From NCBI GenBank assembly GCA_025558095.1, contig JAIVFI010000032.1:62001-126000 (forward strand): a stretch of 64,000 nucleotides of DNA, given 5' to 3'. Below are positions 56,707 through 64,000 of the stretch, piece after piece. Position 1 is the stretch's first letter, and every line of letters starts with the position of its first letter. Position numbers and translations under genes: made by a program. Below the pieces are notes generated by a model. It ran no database searches. It was not told the DNA's origin and was given only the letters and a program-made list of their open reading frames with translations. Origin of the DNA: Hyaloraphidium curvatum SAG 235-1. Its lineage: Eukaryota > Fungi > Monoblepharomycota.

Positions 56707-58229
56707 ATGCCGCCAAAGACGTCGGCAAAGGCCGACCAGAAGGCCAAGGCCAAGATTGTCGAGGACAAGACCTGTGCGTGTCATACGCATCGCTACCGAA
56801 GGCATTTGTTGCCTCGTGGCGAAGGCCGACGCGTCCGATGGCGGCGTGCTGACCTGTCCTTTTCAAGTCGGGCTCAAGAACAAGAACAAGTCCGCAAAGA
56901 TGGCCAAGTACGTCGCACAGGTGCAGCAGCAGGTGAATCAAATGGGCAACAGGAAGGATCAGGTCAGTACCGATGCTCGCGTCGGGGATTTGTCGGCCGA
57001 GCCGCTCACTGACGCGGGCGACCGTTCCACCAGCAAACGGCCGAGCAGAAGAAGAAGGACGCGGATGCCAAGAGGGCTGCGGAGGAGGCCAAGAAGAAGG
57101 AGCTTGCCGAGCTGTTCAAGCCCGTTCAGCAGCAGCAAAAGGTTCCGTTCGGTGGGTTTCTTTCGCTGCCATTGAAGTTCCCGCTTGACCCTTGACGGCA
57201 ACAGGCGTGGACCCGAAGACGATCGTCTGTGCTTTCTTCAAGTCCGGGTCCTGCGAGAAGGGCAGCAAGTGCAAGTTCTCGCACGACCTCAACCTTGAGC
57301 GAAAGTCCGCAAAAGCCGACATCTACACCGATGCCCGCCAAAAGGATGAAGGTTGGCCTCACCGACCGCCAACTAACCGACAGTGGCTGATGTTAGTGTC
57401 TGTTTTCCAGACTCGATGGAGAACTGGGACCAAACGAAGCTGGAGGAGGCCGTGGCCACGAAGCACGGCAAGGATGCGACCAACCTCAACAAGGCGACGG
57501 AGATCGTCTGCAAGTACTTCTTGGACGCGATCGAAAACAACAAGTACGGCTGGTTCTGGGAGTGCCCGAATGGCGGCGACAAGTGCAAGTACCGGCACGC
57601 GCTGCCGCCGGGTTTCGTTCTGAAGAAGAAGGAGACGCCGGAGGAGCGGAGAGAGCGCGAGGAACGGGAGCGGGAGAACCAGATCACGATCGAGGAGTTT
57701 TTGGAGACGGAGGTAAGCGCGCGCTCCGGCTGAAGAATCACCGGAACTCACCATTCTCTTTCTCCAGAGGCACAAGGTGGAGGCCAAGACGCCGATAAAC
57801 CTGGAAACGTTCACCGCGTGGAAGCAGCGGCGAAAAGAGCAGGCCGCGGCGGATGAAGCCAAGAAGAAGAAGGAGAAGGAAGCGGCGTACCGGAACCAGA
57901 AGGCGGGCGGCAAGGCCACCATGTCCTTCTCGGGTCGCGAACTCTTCGAGTTCAATCCCGAGATGGCGGTCGGCCAGGACGCCGAGGACGAGGGTGCCAT
58001 GGGTGCCGAAGAGTACGCCGACCGCTCGGCGTCCGAACACGGGGACTCGGACAAGGAGGCGGGCGGCATCAGCGGGGACGACAGCGACGGCGAGGAGGAG
58101 GAGGACAACGGAGGACCGGTGGACGGGCTGGCGAAGAAGGTCGGCGAGATGGAGGTCAACGAGGAACTGTTTGCCGAGGAGGACGTGGATCTCGGGGACG
58201 ATGACGATGGTGACGATGAAGAGGAGTGA
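56707..58229 (+). CDS. TMA46: Tma46/ZC3H15 (DFRP1) CCCH zinc-finger protein
   Basis: [79 protein letters not shown] and SGRELF. Confidence 0.95.
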
Positions 58230-58470
58230 TCGGTTGTTCCGTGGCATGGGCTCGGTCGACCAAACAGCCATGTGCAGGAGAGCCTCTTGTACAGGGGCAT
58301 CAGTTAAAAGTATGCTTTTCTTTGGCTCGAATGCCGCCTCGGCCTCAACTCGGCCTACAGTTGATGATTGGGCTCCTTTGGAGAAAGAGAACACACCTCA
58401 CCGCACTTCTCGGTCGAACGGCTGATCTCGCCTTCACCGGGTCGTGGGAGCAGCAAACTGTCTCCATTTA

Positions 58471-59871
58471 ATGACCTCCGACGATGCCGCGGCGCCGTCA
58501 CTCTCGACGCTGCCGCACGAGCTGGTCGCCCAGATTCTTGCGAAACTGCCGCTCTCCTCCCTTTACACCCTGTCCCTGGCCTCCAAACACCTCTACTCTG
58601 TCGTGTCTGCCCACGGAGTGCCCCTTCACGTCCGAAGAAGATGGCTGGGTGCCGGACTGGGAGTCTACGTGCCCTTCGTTTTGCCCAAGGACGCCGGTGG
58701 AGGGTTTTGGTGGTCCCTGGCGCGGCGATGCGACTCGTTGGAGCGAGCGGAAGGCAAGCCGAGGGTCATTCACGGCGGAGCGAAGCGCCAGGGGAGGGGA
58801 GGGTCGGGATTCCTGCCCGTGGTGAACCTGGATCCGTCTGGGATCCTGCTCCTTGGCCTCGGCGATGCCGTGGAGGTTTGCCGGCTGTCTGCGGACGGGT
58901 ACGGCTTCCAGACGAGGACGATTGTTGCTCGACCACATGGAAGGGTCGCCCCGGAAGGCGACGTGACGGCGATTGCCGTCGAACGCACTGGGGATGATCT
59001 GGTGTTCTGGACGTCGTGCTTCGACGGCACTATGAGGCGCCATGCACTAAAGTCACCAAAGGAGAAGGCACTTTTGAAGCCCAGTGAGGCGGAACAGCTG
59101 CTCAAGAGGACCAGGAAGGACGCGCAGCTGGCCCTGACTCCTGCGACAGCCGCAGAGACGGCCTGCGACCTCTACCTGGACGGCCACGCCGGCCGGATGG
59201 TGTCTTCCATTGACGTTCGGACCGCAGACTCGTCGGCTTTGTTGCTTAGCGCCGGATTTGACGGCACGGTCCGGCTGTGGTCGGCCCCCGCTTGGCGCGC
59301 AGACGAGAGCGAGTCACCGATCGATCTCCTGGACACGTACCGGTTGCCGTCGACCGGCAGATCTTCCCGACCCTGGGCCGTGCGCTTCCTCTCCCGCAAG
59401 GCCACGGTCGCCGCCGTCGGACACCGGGCACTCGGCCCCCACAAAACCGCCGCCGACTCGCTCACCCTGCTCAACGCTCTTCCCTGCGGCACCCTTTCGG
59501 CCCGCCGCCTATCCGCGCACCGCGGCGCGACCTACGGGCTGGCATCAGCCTCGCTCCCCCACGCTTTTGCGTCGGCTGGGTACGACGGCACCGCAGCCCT
59601 CTGGGACCTCCGCCTCGCCGACCCCCTCGCGCTCACGTGGGACGACCTGGACGACTACCCCCTTTATTCCATCTCGTGGGACGGCGGGCACCGCGTCCGG
59701 GTCGGCACGGGGCGGCACGGCGTGTGCCGCGAGTGGGACGCGAGGATGCTCCGCGAGCCGCGGAGGAGCGTGTTCGCGTTCGGGAAGGACACGCCCGTGT
59801 ACGGGCTGGGGTGCGATTTGGCGAGGTGGTTCGTCGGCGGGGAGGGGTCGATCGCGGTCGTGGAGTTTTGA
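58471..59871 (+). CDS. F-box / WD40-repeat protein
   Basis: F-box LSTLPHELVAQILAKLPLSSLYTLSLASK; WD repeats LLLSAGFDGTVRLWS and FASAGYDGTAALWDLR. Single exon. Confidence 0.88.
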   Translation: MTSDDAAAPSLSTLPHELVAQILAKLPLSSLYTLSLASKHLYSVVSAHGVPLHVRRRWLGAGLGVYVPFVLPKDAGGGFWWSLARRCDSLERAEGKPRVIHGGAKRQGRGGSGFLPVVNLDPSGILLLGLGDAVEVCRLSADGYGFQTRTIVARPHGRVAPEGDVTAIAVERTGDDLVFWTSCFDGTMRRHALKSPKEKALLKPSEAEQLLKRTRKDAQLALTPATAAETACDLYLDGHAGRMVSSIDVRTADSSALLLSAGFDGTVRLWSAPAWRADESESPIDLLDTYRLPSTGRSSRPWAVRFLSRKATVAAVGHRALGPHKTAADSLTLLNALPCGTLSARRLSAHRGATYGLASASLPHAFASAGYDGTAALWDLRLADPLALTWDDLDDYPLYSISWDGGHRVRVGTGRHGVCREWDARMLREPRRSVFAFGKDTPVYGLGCDLARWFVGGEGSIAVVEF

Positions 59872-60030
59872 ACAAAGGACCGCGGCCGTGGAATCTTGAT
59901 CGAAGGCCGGAATACATACAGGTTCTGTCCCTCTTCCTCAGTCAATTGCTCATTGGTCATCGACTTTTGAACGGGTCGGGTCGCGGCCGTCGAGTCTTGA
60001 TCGGGGCCGCAATACATAAAGGCTCTGTTC

Positions 60031-60756
60031 TCATCCCTCGAGTTCAACATCGTGGAACAGAGCGTCGACGACCTCGGCCGCGTGCTCCGCCGCCCGTGGC
60101 ATCCAGGTTAAGAATTCATCCTCAATGTGTCCGGCGTGCTCGAACCTATCGGAGATGGTCTTACAGACCGCCCACGGGATCTTGGCAGTGTCAGCCGCAA
60201 ACGCGATGGCCGCGGCCTCCATATCGACCGCCAGTGCTCCGGGAACCCTGGAAAGAAGGTCCATCTTCGACGCGGTGGTCCCCGCGAACATTGCCCCCGA
60301 CACCAGCACCCCTTTCATGGCCGCCTTTGGCAGCGACGCCAGCAACCCTGCGTCCGCGTTCATCACGGGATCGGGCCTCTCGCCGGGGGAAATGCTGACG
60401 TGCAGCGCCCCGGGCCGCATCAGGGCGGTCCCCTTATCCCCGAGAAAGAGGGCATCGTGCTGGACGACGGCCGTCGCAATGACGAGGTCGCCTGGCCTTA
60501 AGTCGGCATGCAGAGCCCCCGCAACGCCGATGAGCACCATCCGGCGAAGAGCAAACCGCGACAGCAGCACGCCGCAGGCCCATCCCGCCGCGATGGGCCC
60601 CACGCCGGCGCGAGCGAGCAGGATGCCGTGCTTGGGGGCGAGGAAGGCCTCCACGGGCAGGTCCGGGACGCGGGAGAAGGAGCCGGGGGGGAGACGGGAG
60701 CGCACGGCCTGCAGCTCGGTCGGCATCGCGGTCAAGACCAGTGTGAGGGGGTCCAT
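60031..60756 (-). CDS. mtnN: 5'-methylthioadenosine/S-adenosylhomocysteine nucleosidase (MTAN/Pfs, PNP_UDP_1 family)
   Basis: TAMPTE, AGVGPIAA, IGVAGAL...GDLVIA...VQHD, SGAMF, AVDMEAAAIA and KTISD. Intronless. Confidence 0.85.
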   Translation of the reverse strand: MDPLTLVLTAMPTELQAVRSRLPPGSFSRVPDLPVEAFLAPKHGILLARAGVGPIAAGWACGVLLSRFALRRMVLIGVAGALHADLRPGDLVIATAVVQHDALFLGDKGTALMRPGALHVSISPGERPDPVMNADAGLLASLPKAAMKGVLVSGAMFAGTTASKMDLLSRVPGALAVDMEAAAIAFAADTAKIPWAVCKTISDRFEHAGHIEDEFLTWMPRAAEHAAEVVDALFHDVELEG

Positions 60757-61047
60757 GGCGCTAAGGGTAAAGGAGACGCCGAAGCCGCCACCCAAATGCC
60801 GAAGCCGCCAGCCAAAATCCCAAATCGACTAGATACCCTGCTCGGGCGTGCTATCAGACCCAAGAGGCCGGCAACAAGCGCTGCATGCGCCCCTCGATCG
60901 CGCGACTTTGAAGGTGGAGGGTGGGAGACCCTTTGGGTCGTATGACGATCACCACGCTGGGACCCCTGCATCCGACCTCTCCCGAAGCTGTGTCCAGTCT
61001 CCGTGCTGCCTCTCCGCCCTTCGCTCCTGCGTTCCCGCGCACTACGC

Positions 61048-61752
61048 ATGGCGCACTCCGCCATGCCGTCGCCGTCGCCCTCCCCGTCCCCGGTCTCGCC
61101 GGCGCTGCACGGCAGGCCGCACCTGCTCACGCCGCCGGACACGGGCCGAGGCCGCCGGCGCTCGCGGGACGAGGACGCCGAGGCAGCCCTCTTTCGCAGC
61201 GCATCGACGCCGGCGGGCGCCGCGTGCGTCGATGCCCTGCGGCTCGCGACCCGGAGTCCCGGGCTGCTGACGCTGCCGACGGGCGACCTCCGGGTCTCCC
61301 CGCCCCACCGGACGCACTCGCCCGCCCCGCGGAACTTCCAGCGCCGCGATGTTTCGCCGTCGGCCATGTCGCGGATGCTGCACTCGACCGCGCGGAGGGC
61401 GCTGTCGACCCCTCGGTGCACGGCGCCGGACCTGACCGTCGAAGTGGACGACACGCTGGACATTACCGACGTCGTGTACGCGGACATGTCGAACGTGAAA
61501 GGCAAGATGCCGGAGCACCTGGTCACGGGCCCGGGCGCGAGGCAGAAGATCGCCAAGCTGCTGGCGGACGACCTCTCGCACTGCGCGTCAAAGAGCCGCC
61601 TGGCCGCGGGCTTCGCCGCCCTGCAAATGACACGGATGGCATACCAGCAGATTGCTGGCGGTGGTGACGGGCTGCCCGAGGGGTCTTCCTACGAGGGGCG
61701 ACTGGACGACGACATGGTGGTGAAGAAGCTGCGGGAGATGGTCTCGAATTGA
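61048..61752 (+). CDS. Hypothetical protein (disordered S/P/R N-terminus, small helical C-domain)
   Basis: Single ORF with GC3 codon bias, flanked by an AT-richer 3' region. No motif recognised. Confidence 0.55.
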   Translation: MAHSAMPSPSPSPSPVSPALHGRPHLLTPPDTGRGRRRSRDEDAEAALFRSASTPAGAACVDALRLATRSPGLLTLPTGDLRVSPPHRTHSPAPRNFQRRDVSPSAMSRMLHSTARRALSTPRCTAPDLTVEVDDTLDITDVVYADMSNVKGKMPEHLVTGPGARQKIAKLLADDLSHCASKSRLAAGFAALQMTRMAYQQIAGGGDGLPEGSSYEGRLDDDMVVKKLREMVSN

Positions 61753-61978
61753 TGCCATTCGGATGTGGTGTGCCGATTTGATGCTCTTGCCATTCTGATG
61801 TATTAGCCGTCTAGTCTGGTCAGATCTAGATTCTGCTGCAAATTAAACTGTCGCCGACGAGATGCGACCGCGACCTCGTCTTCTGGGTATCATCCGCCAT
61901 GTCAAAGCAAGAAGTCTGCTCCCCTCTGTCCCCTTCCTCTCCGTGCTGGCAAAAGGAGCTCCTGTAGCAACACCTCCC

Positions 61979-63015
61979 TCACTTCTTCTCCAAACTGGCA
62001 TAGTACCGCAGCTTGAACTGTTCGAGGAGCACGAACGCCATCGTGTTCCACCCCCCGATCCTGGCGTCGGACGACGTCAGCCCCCGCCTCCAATCGGCAC
62101 AAGCAGCAGGTTTGCAGCCCACCTGGCAAAGTTGGGGACGAATCCCTTGTAAAATCCCCCCACGCCCTCGTTCTTGAGGATCTTGACGGCGCAGTCCAGC
62201 GCCCCCGAAAACTCCTTCTGCCCGCCGACCGTCCGCGAGTTCATCACACGCGTCTTCACGACGTCGATCGGCGAACCGAGGACGGTCGCCGCGAAGCCCG
62301 CGGACAGCCCCGCCATGACGTGGGTCGTGGCGGTGTTGGGCAGCCCGGCCCCCAACAGGCTTTCCTTGACCTGGTCGAAGGTGGCCAACTCCGTCGCCTG
62401 TCCATAGCGTCAGCCTCGCTTTTGTCGCAGAAAGACCCCCGTAAACCCCACCGAAATGAGCGAATTCCTCAGCAGGTTCGGAACGTACCCCCTCCACAGC
62501 CCGCGGATCCCCTCCGTCGCCGCAATCTTCCGGTAGGCGTCCAAAACCCCGCTGTACAGCCTCGGCACCTCCGGCGGCGCCCTCCCCTGCGCCTGCAGCC
62601 GCACCTTGACCGTGTCCGCGGGGCTCGCCACGGTGATCCCGATCGCCGAGGTCGTCAGGCCCGCCAGGATCTTCTGCGGCAGCGTGGGCAGCAACCCGGC
62701 CTCGACCGCCTCCTTCCCCATGTAAAAGTTGCGCACGGGCTCGTACAGGCCCAAACGCAGGGGCGCAAACACCGCCTGCCGCTGCAGACCGGCCGTGACG
62801 CCCCGCCAGAGGCTCGGCAGGCCCTCCTGCCGGGCCATGGTCGCGAGGCAGTCCGCCAGACCCTTGTAGTGCGCCCGGGCCGTCGAGCCCTGGGATTGGA
62901 GCTGCAGGCGGACCTTGGCCGTGTCCAGGGGCATGGTCGAGAACTCGGAGATGCCGGCGGCGCCGAGGGACAGCCCGAGGGAGACGCCGACGGGAAGGGG
63001 GGGTTGTTGCGCCAT
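61979..63015 (-). CDS. UCP: Mitochondrial uncoupling protein (SLC25 UCP type)
   Basis: Three carrier signatures PLDTAKVRLQ, PADTVKVRLQ and PIDVVKTRVM; UCP-typical GLQRQ..FAPLRLGLYEPV, KILAGLTT and FYKGFVPNFARIGGWN. Two introns. Confidence 0.85.
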
Positions 63016-63273
63016 CCCGGCGGCAAGACGGCCGAGAGAATGAGATCAAAGGGCGAAAGGAACGAGAGCCGGCAAAAGCCGGAGGACGGGAAGCGCCGGG
63101 GGGTGGGGGATTTTGTCGCAGCTTTGTTTACGGCGAACAGCTCAAAGACATCACTCGCTTCTCTGCCAGAGAGAAAGCAAACACCGGAATGCTGTCAATC
63201 TATGATTTTCGAACTACAGGCCTAGTGATATGCGTCTCTGAATGCCTCCGCCCCCTTCCCTTTTGTCCATGCC

Positions 63274-64000
63274 TCACTGCGAAGGCCTTGCTTTGCCCTT
63301 CTGCTTGCTCGACGATGTCTGCTGCGGCGGCTGTATCGGGGGCGGCTGTATCGGCGGCGACGGCTGCTGGGCCGGCATCTGCAGGGGCTGCGGCCGCGGG
63401 GGAGGCTGCCTCGGCGCCTGGGCCGAAGGCTCTCCCTGCCGCTTCGGCGCGGCCCGCCCGAGCGTGCTCAGGGGCAGGTCCTCGTCGCTGTCGTCCACCG
63501 TCGGCTGCTGCTGCGCCTTGAACCGGGACACCGTCGACCGGGGTGCAGCGCTGGTGAACGAACGCACGGTGCCGACCTCGGAAGTGCCCCGGCTGACCCT
63601 CCCGACGGGCACAGGAACGGGGTACATGGCCGGTTGGGCCCACATGGCGGGCTGCACGAGCTGCGGTGCCATCTGCGGCGGTTGCTGTACGTAGCCGTAG
63701 CCGGGAATGAAGACCACCGAGCCCGGAATCAGGGGCGGCATGCTCTGGGGCAGCATGGGCATGCTTTGCATCGCGGGGTACCCCTGCATGGTCGGTGCCA
63801 TCTGCATCGCCGGCATCTGCATCATGGGCTGAAGCGCCGTCTGGATCGGCTGAGAGTACTGCATCGCAGCCTGAAGCTGGGCCTGCGGCACCAGGTTCAC
63901 CTGCGAGGGCGTGTGCTCCAAGACCCGCTCGTGCTGCCTCTGGCGTTCCTTTTCGCGTTCACGCTCGAGCCACGCCATTGCAAGCGAGTTGCGCGCCCGC
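63274..64000 (-). CDS. C-terminal part of a P/Q/M-rich low-complexity protein (5' end outside window)
   Basis: Open frame running to the window edge; QPMMQMPAMQM and QPPP repeats; DSDEDLPL motif. Confidence 0.6.
   Translation of the reverse strand, partial: RARNSLAMAWLEREREKERQRQHERVLEHTPSQVNLVPQAQLQAAMQYSQPIQTALQPMMQMPAMQMAPTMQGYPAMQSMPMLPQSMPPLIPGSVVFIPGYGYVQQPPQMAPQLVQPAMWAQPAMYPVPVPVGRVSRGTSEVGTVRSFTSAAPRSTVSRFKAQQQPTVDDSDEDLPLSTLGRAAPKRQGEPSAQAPRQPPPRPQPLQMPAQQPSPPIQPPPIQPPQQTSSSKQKGKARPSQ

Overview
Gene-dense, GC-rich eukaryotic DNA with about 33 protein-coding genes, mostly short (roughly 45-70 nt) GT-AG introns and very short intergenic spacers. The gene content (His6-, Ecl1-, Axl2-, Tma46-, Did4-, Egt2- and Vint-type proteins) points to a fungus, probably an early-diverging, chytrid-like lineage; this is an inference. 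I saw no rRNA, tRNA, CRISPR array or recognisable transposase. Main points of interest: (1) an N-acylated protein with three 594-bp tandem hemerythrin-like repeats fused to an OsmC-like two-Cys domain; (2) a U-box-vWA-Vwaint-Hint (Vint) protein; (3) an intron-containing bacterial-type GlgX isoamylase with an 11-nt microexon, plus other bacterial-like enzymes; (4) a Costars ORF only 4 nt upstream of an Egt2-like PLP lyase, suggesting a bicistronic mRNA; (5) diverged direct repeats of about 0.8 kb framing an orphan gene, one copy apparently supplying the tail of a divergent HIS6 homologue; (6) several proteins ending in PTS1-like tripeptides; (7) a membrane-anchored protein with a permuted papain-like motif; (8) a canonical-looking UCP. 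All family calls come from motif recognition by eye and all exon boundaries are manual predictions.
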